From a virus (lineage: Duplodnaviria; Caudoviricetes), in IMG/VR virus record IMGVR_UViG_2596583600_000002, positions 14,752-78,751 of that record: DNA of 64,000 bases. The stretch is one strand, 5' to 3'. Below, piece by piece: positions 45,003 to 54,860 of the stretch. How positions within the stretch are numbered: the first letter of the stretch is position 1; every line of letters begins with the position of its first letter. Both the position numbers and the translations under genes were made by a program. Under the pieces are notes generated by a model, which was given only the letters and a program-made list of their open reading frames with translations, was not told where the DNA came from and ran no database searches.

Positions 45003-47008
45003 TGGCTGACGTTATCGAACCCGCCCGCGCGCCTGATGAAGCGCAGCCCACCGGCCCGGAGGTGGATCAGGAGATATTCCCGCGCCTCAAGGAATGGACG
45101 AAATCGTCCCTCGACCACCTGTCCGAATGGCGCAAGGAGGCGGAGGCCGCGCAGGAGTTCTATGCGGGGCACCAGTGGAGCGATGATGAAAAGCGGCTCT
45201 TTGAGGATGATGGCCGGATCGCGCCCATCTTCAACCTGACCGCCGTCAACATCGATGTGGTGTGCGGCCTTGAGGTCAATAACCGTCAGGACGTGAAATA
45301 TCTGCCGCGCACGGAAGGTGATGTTCAGGTCAATGAGCTTCTGTCCTCGGCCGCCATGTGGGTGCGCGATCAGGCGCAGGCGGAGGATGAGGAAAGCAAT
45401 GCGTTCAGGGACGCGGTGATAACCGGCCTTGGCGTCACGGAGACCCGCACCGCCAACCGCCTGATATCCGTTGATCGCCGCGATCCGACCGAATGCTTCT
45501 ATGACAAGTCATCGAGCAAGACCAACCTTGTAGATCGGCGCTTTGGCGGTCGCGTGATCATGATGGACACAGACGAGGCGGTCGCGTTCTTCGGTGATCG
45601 TTACACTGCCTTCGAGATCAACGCGAAGTGGGCGTCGTTCGGGCTGAACCAGTCGAAAAAGGGTGAGGAGCGCCTTGACTATCCGACCGAGCAGATGGGG
45701 CCGACCGACAATAGCGACACGATCCCCAAGAAGGTCTGCGTCGTGGAAATCGAATGGTTCGATTGGGTTGGGACGGAGAAGGTCTATTATCAGGCGTTCC
45801 TTGGCGCGTCGTCCATCCTGGAGCAGAACCCGCTCAAGGAATGGGCCTATAACTGGATCACCGGCAAATATGACGCGAAGAAGCGCCGCTGGTACGGCCT
45901 GATCCGGGCGTTCAAAGACCCGCAGAAGTTCATCAATAAGATGATTTCGGTCGGTACGCATATCCTCGCGAGCAACGCCAAGGGTGGCCTGCTTTACGAG
46001 CGCGGCGTGTTTGTCGATCAGCGGGCAGCGGAACGTGACTGGTCGAACCCGCAGAAGAATGTGGAGGTCGCGGAAGGCGCGCTTGCCTCTGGTCGCATCC
46101 AGCCGCGCACCGCCCCCGCCTTCCCCGCCGCGATTTCGCAGCTTCTGGACTTCGCGCTGGCGATCTTCAATCGCGTGACGGGTATCAACGCGGAAATCCT
46201 CGGCACGACCGACCGCGACCAGCCCGCCAGCCTTGAGGCGCAGCGCAGGCAGTCGGCGGTCACGATCCTCGCCACGCTGTTCGACAGCAAGCGCCGCTAT
46301 CACAAGGAGCAGGGTAAGACGCTGCTGCAACTGATGAAGGGCCTGCCGCCTGAAACGCTGGTGCGCATCACGGTGGATGAGCCGCCGCAGATGCCAATGC
46401 CGCCAGTGCCTCCGGGGACGCCTCCTGATCAGCAGATCGCGATGATGGAGCAATATGCGCAGGCGATGGGCCAGCAACAGCAGCAGGCCCAGCAGGAGCG
46501 TTATGTGCGGCTGGCGCTGATCCAGCAGGCGTTCGCGGACGACACGATAGAGTTTGACGTGATCGTGGACGAAGCGCCGTCCAGCCCGAACCAGCAGCAG
46601 GAGGTCATCGCCAAGATCGCGATGATGGCGCAGCACGGGATGCAGTTGCCGCCACAGGCGCAGGCCATCGTGGTCAAGAGCATCGGCCTTCCCGCCACCA
46701 TCGCCGACGAGATCGCACAGGCCATGACGGGTTCCGATCCGCAGGTCGAGCAGCTTCAACAGCAATTGCAGCAGGGCGCGCAGATTCTCCAGCAGGCGCA
46801 GGCGGAGAATGAGCAGCTAAAGACCGATCGGTCGATTGATCAGCAGAAAGCCCAGACCGACCAGTTCAAGGCCCAGACCGACCGCATGAAGGCGCAGGCC
46901 GACATTGTGGCGCAAACAGGCGGCGTCCCTGTCCTCGACTATCTCGCGGCGCTCGAATCCAAGGTGGACCAGATCGGTTCCGCCGTCCTCCACATGCAAC
47001 AACCCTGA
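45002..47008 (+). CDS. P22-like portal protein
   Basis: FYAGHQW, GLIRAFKDPQ..IN, EFDVIVDEAPSSPNQ; Gln-rich barrel. Confidence 0.88.
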   Translation: MADVIEPARAPDEAQPTGPEVDQEIFPRLKEWTKSSLDHLSEWRKEAEAAQEFYAGHQWSDDEKRLFEDDGRIAPIFNLTAVNIDVVCGLEVNNRQDVKYLPRTEGDVQVNELLSSAAMWVRDQAQAEDEESNAFRDAVITGLGVTETRTANRLISVDRRDPTECFYDKSSSKTNLVDRRFGGRVIMMDTDEAVAFFGDRYTAFEINAKWASFGLNQSKKGEERLDYPTEQMGPTDNSDTIPKKVCVVEIEWFDWVGTEKVYYQAFLGASSILEQNPLKEWAYNWITGKYDAKKRRWYGLIRAFKDPQKFINKMISVGTHILASNAKGGLLYERGVFVDQRAAERDWSNPQKNVEVAEGALASGRIQPRTAPAFPAAISQLLDFALAIFNRVTGINAEILGTTDRDQPASLEAQRRQSAVTILATLFDSKRRYHKEQGKTLLQLMKGLPPETLVRITVDEPPQMPMPPVPPGTPPDQQIAMMEQYAQAMGQQQQQAQQERYVRLALIQQAFADDTIEFDVIVDEAPSSPNQQQEVIAKIAMMAQHGMQLPPQAQAIVVKSIGLPATIADEIAQAMTGSDPQVEQLQQQLQQGAQILQQAQAENEQLKTDRSIDQQKAQTDQFKAQTDRMKAQADIVAQTGGVPVLDYLAALESKVDQIGSAVLHMQQP

Positions 47009-47025
47009 CCAGACAGGAGAATATC

Positions 47026-47880
47026 ATGAACAACGAAGAACTGATGCCGATGGACCAGATGGAGGGGGCAGAACATACGCCCGCGTCTGAGACGGTCCAT
47101 GATCCCGCGCCGCAGAGTGAGCGCGCCCGCGATGAATCCGGGCGGTTCGCGCCCAAGGATGGCGAGGGGCCGCGCGGCGCGCCCAATGACGAGATTGCCC
47201 GCCGCCGCTACGCGCAGGAGCGGGACGAGGCGCGCAAGGATGCAGAGGAAGCGCGGGCGGCTCACGCGGCCCTCCAGAAGCGCCTTGATGACATGGCGAC
47301 ACTGGCGAAGGGCGACGATCCCGCCGCGCCCAAGGAGCCTGTAGACCCGCTGCAACCTGTTCTGGAGAAGTTGGAGACGTTCGAAAAGCGCTTCTCCGAT
47401 CAGGACGAGGCCAAGCAGGCGGAGGAAACGCACCGTCAGGTTCTGGCCTATTCCGATCAGGACGAGGCGAAGTTCCGGGAGAAGGCCCCGGATTTCCAGC
47501 AGGCCGCCGAGCATTATATCCTCAGCCGCATGAACGAAATGAAGGTGCTGGGTGTCGATCAGCAGCGCGCGGAGGCGCTTCTGGCGCAAGAGGCGAACCA
47601 GTTGCTTTACCGCTGCGCGCAGGAAGGCCGGTCAGCGGCGGAATCCCTTTATGCGATGGCGCAGGCCCGTGGCTATGTGTCGGGCGCAGCAGGCCAGCGC
47701 CCTGCCCCCGCCAGTCCGCAGCCGCAGAACTTTGGCGGTCGCTCGCTTGGTTCCGGTCAGGGGCCAGCAGGCGGCGCGGTCACGGCGGCGCAGATCGCAG
47801 CGATGAGCGAGGACGACTATATGGCCTTCCGCTCCACGCCAGAAGGAAAGCGGGCCATTTCGCGGGCCATGGGGGCCTGA
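47026..47880 (+). CDS. scaffolding protein
   Basis: RDESGRFA, coiled coil; lies between portal and capsid. Confidence 0.75.
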   Translation: MNNEELMPMDQMEGAEHTPASETVHDPAPQSERARDESGRFAPKDGEGPRGAPNDEIARRRYAQERDEARKDAEEARAAHAALQKRLDDMATLAKGDDPAAPKEPVDPLQPVLEKLETFEKRFSDQDEAKQAEETHRQVLAYSDQDEAKFREKAPDFQQAAEHYILSRMNEMKVLGVDQQRAEALLAQEANQLLYRCAQEGRSAAESLYAMAQARGYVSGAAGQRPAPASPQPQNFGGRSLGSGQGPAGGAVTAAQIAAMSEDDYMAFRSTPEGKRAISRAMGA

Positions 47881-47916
47881 CTATTGCCTTTCGCGAAAGA
47901 ATGAATCATGATTGTT

Positions 47917-48112
47917 GAGGGCTGGGACTATTCCGGCCCTCACGCCCACAAGGCGAAGGCGCGGACGGCCTGAACGGTCCCTCGGCATCCCCGACCGGAG
48001 AGGGGAAGGCGCGGACTGCCTCAAGTGTCCCTCGCACGCTCCCGGCGAATGGGGGTTCGCACCAGCCAAGCGAAGCGGCTGACCGAACTCAACCCCATTC
48101 GGGAGCCATCCC
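47917..48112 (+). ncRNA. candidate structured cis-regulatory RNA leader of the capsid gene
   Basis: hairpin, five H-type pseudoknot-like units, and an alternative SD-occluding stem. Confidence 0.55.
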
Positions 48113-49201
48113 ATGTCATACACTGAATTTCCATCGGGCCACCCGCTCAGCCCGACCATCTGGGAGCGGGAACTTTACGCCGAAGCGATCCAGCAGACCT
48201 ATGTCTGGTCCTTCATGGGCAGCAGCAACAATTCGCTGCTGGTCCGCAAGGATGATTTCGCGACCAAGGCGGGTGACAAGCTCATTCTGGGCCTCCGCAC
48301 CCAACTTACCGGGCGCGGGACCACGGGCGACGACACGTTGCACGGCAATGAGGAATCGCTGGTCACCCAGAATGATCAGTTCGTGATCAACCAGCTTCGC
48401 CATGCTGTCATCTCCAAGGGTCGCATGTCCGAACAGCGCGTCATGTTCAACATGCGCACCGAAGCGAAGGAAGGTCTGACCGACTGGTTCGCCAACCGTT
48501 TCGATACATGGTTCTTCAACCAGATCGGCGGCGCGACCTATCAGACGGACACGGCCTATACCGGCTTCAACTCTGTCGCGGCGGTCGATGCGAACCATAT
48601 CCTGCGTCCGAACACCAAGACCACCGATGAATCGCTGACCACGGGCGATGAATTGAACCTCACCCAGATCGACCGGCTGGTCGCGCGCCTTCGTCAGGGG
48701 TCGTTCGCCTCGACCGGCGTGATGCCGATCCGTCCGATCAAGATCAAGGGCGGCAATTACTATGTCCTGTTCGTCCACCCCAATCAGGTGGTGGGCCTTC
48801 GGTCGCAAACGTCGAACGCACAGTGGGCCGATTTGCAGCGCGCCCATATTCAGGGTGGCTTGACGGATATTCCGCTCATCACGGGCGGCGATTTCGTCGG
48901 GATCTACAACGGCGTGGTCATTCACCAGTCGGAGAAGGTGCCGATGGGCGTCAACTCCACTTCGGGCGCGGCTGTCACCAATGCCCGACGCGCGGTCCTG
49001 TGCGGCGCTCAGGCGGCCATGTTCGGCATCGGTGGCGACACGCCGGACGACAACAAGAAGTTCAAGTGGATCGAAGAGCGTTTTGACTATGAGAACCAGC
49101 TTGGCGTCTCTGGCTACACCATCGCCGGGTTGAAGGCGTCGGCGTTCAACAGCGCCCGCTTCGGCACCTTCATCCTTCCCACTTACGCACCGCTGGTCTG
49201 A
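48113..49201 (+). CDS. major capsid protein (N4-gp56/DUF4043-like)
   Basis: GD..L.GNEESL...INQLRHAV, YVLFVHPNQ, GIYNGVVIH, RAVLCGAQA. Confidence 0.9.
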   Translation: MSYTEFPSGHPLSPTIWERELYAEAIQQTYVWSFMGSSNNSLLVRKDDFATKAGDKLILGLRTQLTGRGTTGDDTLHGNEESLVTQNDQFVINQLRHAVISKGRMSEQRVMFNMRTEAKEGLTDWFANRFDTWFFNQIGGATYQTDTAYTGFNSVAAVDANHILRPNTKTTDESLTTGDELNLTQIDRLVARLRQGSFASTGVMPIRPIKIKGGNYYVLFVHPNQVVGLRSQTSNAQWADLQRAHIQGGLTDIPLITGGDFVGIYNGVVIHQSEKVPMGVNSTSGAAVTNARRAVLCGAQAAMFGIGGDTPDDNKKFKWIEERFDYENQLGVSGYTIAGLKASAFNSARFGTFILPTYAPLV

Positions 49202-49211
49202 GGAGGATCAT

Positions 49212-49616
49212 ATGGGAATCGCACGTCAACTTGAGACACAGCAGACCCACTATCTCCGCAAGGACGTGGCCTATGACACTGTTGGCATCGCCAGCGGCGT
49301 TCTGATCGGCACCGTCCCCAAGGGGTCAAAAGTCACTGGCGTCCACGTCTATATCGACACGGCGTTCAACGCGGCCACGACCAACGTCCTGACCGCAGGA
49401 ACGACCGGGACCGGCACCAACCTGATCGCGGCAAGCGACGTGACCGAAGGGACGGCGGGTTATTACGCGCCCGCCGATGGCACCAATCAGGCGCGGGGAC
49501 TGGCATTCGCGGCCGATACCGATCTGTTCGTGTCCTACACGCAGACCGGTGCCGCAGCGACCGCAGGGGCCGCCACGGTCATCGTGGAATATGTCCCTCA
49601 GAGCAATGGAGGCTGA
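49212..49616 (+). CDS. head decoration protein
   Basis: IG.VPKGS...TAFNAATTNVL..G...TAGAATVIVEY. Confidence 0.65.
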   Translation: MGIARQLETQQTHYLRKDVAYDTVGIASGVLIGTVPKGSKVTGVHVYIDTAFNAATTNVLTAGTTGTGTNLIAASDVTEGTAGYYAPADGTNQARGLAFAADTDLFVSYTQTGAAATAGAATVIVEYVPQSNGG

Positions 49617-49618
49617 CC

Positions 49619-49969
49619 ATGGCGAAGGTGATTATGACGACGCCTCCGGGCGCGGCTTATGAATATGCCGAAGTGCAGGGCGGAACCAGCATGAGCCATG
49701 CTGAAATCGCAGCGCTGCTTGACGAATATGTCGAGAAGCACGGCCTCTATCCGGTGGAGACGGTCTATGACGGCGAATCCCCGCGTCACAAATATGGGCG
49801 CTACAAACCCACGCAAACCGCCACCGAACAGCCCGCCGCCCCGTCGAATGACGAGATTGCGAGCATGCGCAGCGAGATCGAGGAGCTTAAAGCCCTCCTT
49901 ACCGCCGCCACCGAACCTTTGGACGCGAAGGCTGATCCCGACGCGGACGAGAAGGCGAAGAAAGCATGA
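49619..49969 (+). CDS. hypothetical virion-region protein
   Basis: GGAGG RBS. Confidence 0.6.
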   Translation: MAKVIMTTPPGAAYEYAEVQGGTSMSHAEIAALLDEYVEKHGLYPVETVYDGESPRHKYGRYKPTQTATEQPAAPSNDEIASMRSEIEELKALLTAATEPLDAKADPDADEKAKKA

Positions 49970-50595
49970 CGTTGGGGGCGATCAGTGACCGCATTGCGGA
50001 TGAACTGGTTCGCCCCGACTTGCGCGCGTCCCACGTCCCCCTTTCCGTGAAAGACGCGATCAGGGAGGCCGCGAACTATCGTTTCTGGTTTAACGAGGTT
50101 CGCGGCCTTTCTTTCAACACCGTGGCCGATCAGGATTTCTACGATCAGGCCGCCCTCCCCGATCTGGCATGGCTGTCCCGCGTTGATGCGCTGTGGATCG
50201 TGGTCAATGGCCAGCGCCGCAACCTCACGCTTGTGAACGCCCTTGCCGTCAACGACTGGAAGGATGGCGACACGATATTGACGGGCGAACCGTGCCATTA
50301 TGCGCGCTATGGCGATGGCTTCCTGCTGTGGATGGTCCCGCGCGATGTCTGGCCAGTTTATATCGACGGCACGACGCGCTTTTCTGAATTGACGGCCGAT
50401 AGCGACAGCAATGCCTATCTGACAGAAGGCGAGCGCTACATCCGCGCGCTCGCCAAGGCGAACCTTCTGGAAAATGTGGTCCGCGACTTCGCGCAGGCGG
50501 ATCGGCAATGGCAGGTGGCTGAACGGGAGAAGCGTAATCTTCTCATGGAAACCGCCAACCGCATTTCCACGAACCGGCTGGCGGCCTGCCTGTGA
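49966..50595 (+). CDS. head-tail adaptor (tail tubular A-like)
   Basis: RIADEL.R.DL...RFWFNE; position in operon. Confidence 0.7.
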   Translation: MTLGAISDRIADELVRPDLRASHVPLSVKDAIREAANYRFWFNEVRGLSFNTVADQDFYDQAALPDLAWLSRVDALWIVVNGQRRNLTLVNALAVNDWKDGDTILTGEPCHYARYGDGFLLWMVPRDVWPVYIDGTTRFSELTADSDSNAYLTEGERYIRALAKANLLENVVRDFAQADRQWQVAEREKRNLLMETANRISTNRLAACL

Positions 50596-52055
50596 CGCAG
50601 CCGATCCCCATCCCCTTCGGCCCATGGGAGCCTGATCGCGCTTCCTTCGACAGCGGCGCGCTGACTGAGGCGGCCAATGTCGTGCCGGTGGCAGGCGGAT
50701 ATGGGCCTACCTATGGTTTCGAGCCGCGCGCCGCATCCCTGACACCGCCCATCGCGGGAGCCATGGTGATCAGCAATGACCGCGTGAGCCAGTATATCTA
50801 TGCCGGTTCCGGCCAGAACATCTATGTCAGCACGAACGGCGCGGCCTTCGCCTCGGTCTATGCGACCACTGGCCTTTCAGCCCCGAACCGCTGGCAGTTC
50901 GCCCGCTTCGTCGGAAAGGCTATCGGCGTTCATCCGCAAAAGGCTCCTGTGGGCGGAGACATTGGCTCAGCCATGACGCCGCTTGCCGGTTCGCCGCCGC
51001 TCGCGCGCGTTGCCGGGGTTGTGGGCAACTTCCTTGTCCTTGGCGATCTGGATGACGGCATCGACGGTCCGCGCCCCAATCGCGTCCGCTGGTCGGGCTT
51101 CCGCAACCCCGGCACATGGGGCACGAATATCGGGACGCAGGCGGATTTCAACGACATGCCGGACGAAGGTGGCATTGTCGAAGGTGTCATTGGCCGTGAG
51201 TTCGGCACGGTATTCCAGCGCTACATGATTTCGCGCATGACCTATATCGGCCCGCCCGCCGTGTTTCAGTTCGATGTGGTGGAGAAGAAGCGCGGAGCTA
51301 TCGCCCCCGGCGCGATCATCGACGCGGGTCTGCTCGCCGCCTTCATCGCGGACGATGGCTTTTTCCTGTGGGACGGGACCAGTTCCACGCCCATCGGCGC
51401 ACAGCGGGTCAATGAATATTTCCGCAAACGGATCAGCCCCGGCACGGAGGGGCGTATCACGGGCATGTTCGATCCGCTCGATCAGACGGTATCATGGGCC
51501 TATTGCACGGATGACAGCGGCCTCCTTACCGAGCGCCTGACCTATTCGCTGATCGAAAACCGCTGGACGTTCTCCGATCTGCGGGGTCACTGGTTTATGT
51601 CCGGCTTCGACATCGGCTATACGCTGGAGCAACTTGACCAGTTCGGCCCGCTCGACACGCTTCCTTTCAGTCTTGATGATCCGAAACTTCTGGGTGGCCA
51701 GCCAAGGGCCGTAGGGTTCGACGCCAGCGGCAATTATGGCGCATTGAACGGCGGCGTTCTGGAGGCTCGCTTTGAAACGGGCGACTGGCAGGCGGCACCC
51801 GGATCGCGCGCCTTCGTCAACGCCGTCCGTCCCATGGTGGACGCGCAGACCGTAACCTGCGCCGCAGGGACGCGCCAACAGGTGCTGCACGATCCCATTT
51901 CGTGGACACCCGATTGCGCGCAGGCGACGGACGGGCGCTGCCCCATGCGGGCGTCGGGGCGATATGTCCGCGCCAGAACGAATATCCCGGCCGGTCAATC
52001 ATGGACGCGCGCAACCGGGATCGAGGTCCATGCATCAGCGGAGGGCCTGCGATGA
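50592..52055 (+). CDS. tail nozzle / DNA stabilisation protein (tubular B-like)
   Basis: PFGPWEPD, RVRWSG, beta-propeller-like; position in operon. Confidence 0.72.
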   Translation: MTQPIPIPFGPWEPDRASFDSGALTEAANVVPVAGGYGPTYGFEPRAASLTPPIAGAMVISNDRVSQYIYAGSGQNIYVSTNGAAFASVYATTGLSAPNRWQFARFVGKAIGVHPQKAPVGGDIGSAMTPLAGSPPLARVAGVVGNFLVLGDLDDGIDGPRPNRVRWSGFRNPGTWGTNIGTQADFNDMPDEGGIVEGVIGREFGTVFQRYMISRMTYIGPPAVFQFDVVEKKRGAIAPGAIIDAGLLAAFIADDGFFLWDGTSSTPIGAQRVNEYFRKRISPGTEGRITGMFDPLDQTVSWAYCTDDSGLLTERLTYSLIENRWTFSDLRGHWFMSGFDIGYTLEQLDQFGPLDTLPFSLDDPKLLGGQPRAVGFDASGNYGALNGGVLEARFETGDWQAAPGSRAFVNAVRPMVDAQTVTCAAGTRQQVLHDPISWTPDCAQATDGRCPMRASGRYVRARTNIPAGQSWTRATGIEVHASAEGLR

Positions 52056-53011
52056 AATATATGTTCCTCGCCAACCCGGCCAAGGTCATCGACTGGGCAA
52101 GGACGCTGGTGGATTCGCTCAACCGCAGGGAAAGCGCGTTCGGCAGCATGGCCGATCAGAGCGCCGGGGCGGTGGACATCACGGGCGGGAACGCGGTGTT
52201 CAACAATTTCGGCATCGTCATCGCAAATGACCCCTATGTCGCCCGCTATTCAAACGCGGCCAGCAGCGGCGCGGGGGTTCTTCTGCGCCGCGCGCGCGGG
52301 TCGGTTGCAGCGCCCGCTGCTGTCCTGAACGGGGATATTCTTGGCGGCATCTACATGGCGGGTTTTAACAGCGCCTCCAGCGGCTTTGGCGTCAATACAG
52401 CGGCCTTCTACGCCTATGCGATGGAGGATTACACCGCAGCCGGGCATGGATCAGAGGCGGCGGTCGGTACGACATCCATAGGTGGATCGGGACGGATAAC
52501 CCGCGTCCGCATCGGTCAGGACGGCCTCTATCCGGGCGGCAACAATCTTTATCCTCTCGGCAACGCCTCCGCCCGCTGGACCCAGCTTTATGCAGTGTCC
52601 GGCACGATCAACACGTCCGATGCGCGTTCCAAGCAGGACATCGAGCCAATTCCCGACGCATGGCTGGACGCGTGGGGCGATGTGGACTGGCGGCGGTACA
52701 GGTTCATCGACGCTGTGCAGGCCAAGGGCGAGGATGCCCGCTGGCACATCGGACTGATCGCGCAGGCCGTGCGGGACGCCTTCGCGGTGCGCGGGCTGGA
52801 TGGGCAGGCGATTGGGCTGCTTTGCTATGACGAGTGGGACGCTCAGGCGGAGAAGCTCGACACGGACGGCAGCGTTCTGCGCGAGGCACGGGACGCAGGG
52901 GACCGCTGGGGCCTTCGCTATGACGAGTGTCAGGCGATGGAGGCCGCATGGCAGCGCCGCGAACTGGCGCGCCTGTCCGACCGGCTTCAAGCACTGGAGG
53001 CTGGACTGTGA
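52052..53011 (+). CDS. tail fibre/needle with S74 intramolecular chaperone
   Basis: INTSDARSKQDI, WHIGLIAQ, GLRYDEC, coiled-coil end. Confidence 0.85.
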   Translation: MKYMFLANPAKVIDWARTLVDSLNRRESAFGSMADQSAGAVDITGGNAVFNNFGIVIANDPYVARYSNAASSGAGVLLRRARGSVAAPAAVLNGDILGGIYMAGFNSASSGFGVNTAAFYAYAMEDYTAAGHGSEAAVGTTSIGGSGRITRVRIGQDGLYPGGNNLYPLGNASARWTQLYAVSGTINTSDARSKQDIEPIPDAWLDAWGDVDWRRYRFIDAVQAKGEDARWHIGLIAQAVRDAFAVRGLDGQAIGLLCYDEWDAQAEKLDTDGSVLREARDAGDRWGLRYDECQAMEAAWQRRELARLSDRLQALEAGL

Positions 53012-53472
53012 TCTTCGGCGCGCTTCGCCCTCCCCTCGCGCATGTCGCCCCCATGGTGGCGCAGTGCATCGCCGCGTCCGTGGCAGACGATCCGCTGGAA
53101 AGTCTCGATGAGGTGATGGCGGGGATCGAGGATGGCTCGCTTGTCGCATGGGTCGCGACCGAAGGGGAACGGCTGCACAGCGTGACCGTGGTGGAGATTC
53201 TGGAAGGCGGCAAGGGGCGGCAATGCTTCATCCGCCATTGTGCCCGCGCGGACGGCGGTTCGCATCTGCGCGACTGGCTCGGCTTCCTGCCTGTCATCGA
53301 AGATTGGGCGGCTTCTCAGGGCTGCATGTCCATCGAACTGATCGGCCGCGCCGGTTGGGAGCGTGTGCTGCCCGATTTCCAGAAGAAGGCCGTGCTGTTG
53401 CGGAAGGTGCTGCCCCATCATCCGCAGAACATGAACCACTGGTCAGCCATGACCAGCGCTGCGAACCGATAG
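53008..53472 (+). CDS. GNAT-like protein
   Basis: IEDWAASQGC.SIELIGRAGWERVL. Confidence 0.6.
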   Translation: MIFGALRPPLAHVAPMVAQCIAASVADDPLESLDEVMAGIEDGSLVAWVATEGERLHSVTVVEILEGGKGRQCFIRHCARADGGSHLRDWLGFLPVIEDWAASQGCMSIELIGRAGWERVLPDFQKKAVLLRKVLPHHPQNMNHWSAMTSAANR

Positions 53473-53481
53473 GAGGTCGCC

Positions 53482-54858
53482 ATTTCTTCGAAAAAGAAAA
53501 CCACGACGAAAGCGACGACAACCAACAGTCTGCCCGACTGGCTGACCAGCCCGTTTCAGCAGGCCACGCAGCGCGCCACGGCACTTTCGCAGCAGCCCGC
53601 CATCGGCTCAGGTACGCAGGCGGTCATTAACCGCACATTGTCCGACTCGGCGGCGGGCGCAGGCGCGGCGAACGACAACATCAATCTGATGCGTAATTTC
53701 GCCAACGGCAATTTCGGGAGCAACGCCACTGCGCTAACCGGCGCGGCGAATGGCGATTTTCTGGCGTCCAATCCGTTCACGGCCAACGGCCAGTTGAACA
53801 CCGATTATATCAACCAGAGCGGGCTAAACGCGACAGCGGCGGGCGGCGGGTTCGCCAATAATCCCTTCACCGCAAATGGCGGTTTCGACGCGGATTTCCT
53901 GCGCCAGATTGGCCTTTCCGGCATGGCCGAGAATGGCGGCCTCAACACCGGCTATATCGACAACAGCCTGCTCAACCGCACGGCGGCGGGCGACTTCCTG
54001 ACAGCCGACAGCAACCCTTATATCCGCGACGTCGCCCAAAGAGGGGCGGACTCGGCGCAGGCGGCGATCAACGCGCAATTCGGCGCGGCGGGGCGCTCGA
54101 ACGGTTCGGGTCTTTACGCTCAGCTATTCGGCCAGGGCATTTCGGACGCCTCGAACAGCGTCTATGCCCAGAATTACGCCAATGAGCGGCAGTTGCAGCA
54201 AGCGGCGCAAAACAGCCTTCTGGGAGCCAACCAGAGTGCGCAGGAGAACGCACTGGCCCGCCAGCTATCGGCGCAGAACTCGATGCTGGGTGCGCGCGAG
54301 AACGCCTACGGACGCCAGCAGACGGCCTATGAAAGCGAGGCGCAGCGGCAGCAGGCAGCGCAGAACAGCTTGCTTGGCGCGAACCAGACGGCGCGGGAAA
54401 ACGCCCTGTCGCGGCAGATGTCGTCCTATGACGCGGAACGCCAGCGGCAGCAGGCGGCGGCGGGCGGGCTGCTGAACACACAGCTTGCCGGGGCCGGTCA
54501 AATCCCCTCGCTGATTTCCTCCATGATCGCGTCCAATCAGGCGGGCCTCTCCGCAGGCCAGTATCAGGACAACGCCGATATGGAGCGGCTGCGGCAATAT
54601 ACCTCGATCCTGTCCGGCCTGTCGTCGCCCTACGGTATTCAGGACCAGAACTCGACCACCACGACCAAGAGCAGCGGCCTTGGCTCTGTGCTGGGGACCG
54701 TTGCGTCGCTTGGCAGCGCCATCGCGGCCCCCTTCACGGGCGGGGCGAGCCTGTTGGGCGGCGCGGCGGGAGGCGCAGGCGCAATCATGGGCGGCGGGTT
54801 CAACAGCGCTTTGGGCGGCATGGCGACCGGCGCGCTTCCGCAATGGCTGGGGAAATAA
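53482..54858 (+). CDS. DNA ejection protein with probable ATT start
   Basis: AGGAGG 5 nt before ATT TCT TCG AAA; G/N/Q/A-rich; SNPY, QF..AGR.GSG. Confidence 0.75.
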   Translation: MSSKKKTTTKATTTNSLPDWLTSPFQQATQRATALSQQPAIGSGTQAVINRTLSDSAAGAGAANDNINLMRNFANGNFGSNATALTGAANGDFLASNPFTANGQLNTDYINQSGLNATAAGGGFANNPFTANGGFDADFLRQIGLSGMAENGGLNTGYIDNSLLNRTAAGDFLTADSNPYIRDVAQRGADSAQAAINAQFGAAGRSNGSGLYAQLFGQGISDASNSVYAQNYANERQLQQAAQNSLLGANQSAQENALARQLSAQNSMLGARENAYGRQQTAYESEAQRQQAAQNSLLGANQTARENALSRQMSSYDAERQRQQAAAGGLLNTQLAGAGQIPSLISSMIASNQAGLSAGQYQDNADMERLRQYTSILSGLSSPYGIQDQNSTTTTKSSGLGSVLGTVASLGSAIAAPFTGGASLLGGAAGGAGAIMGGGFNSALGGMATGALPQWLGK

Positions 54859-54860
54859 CA

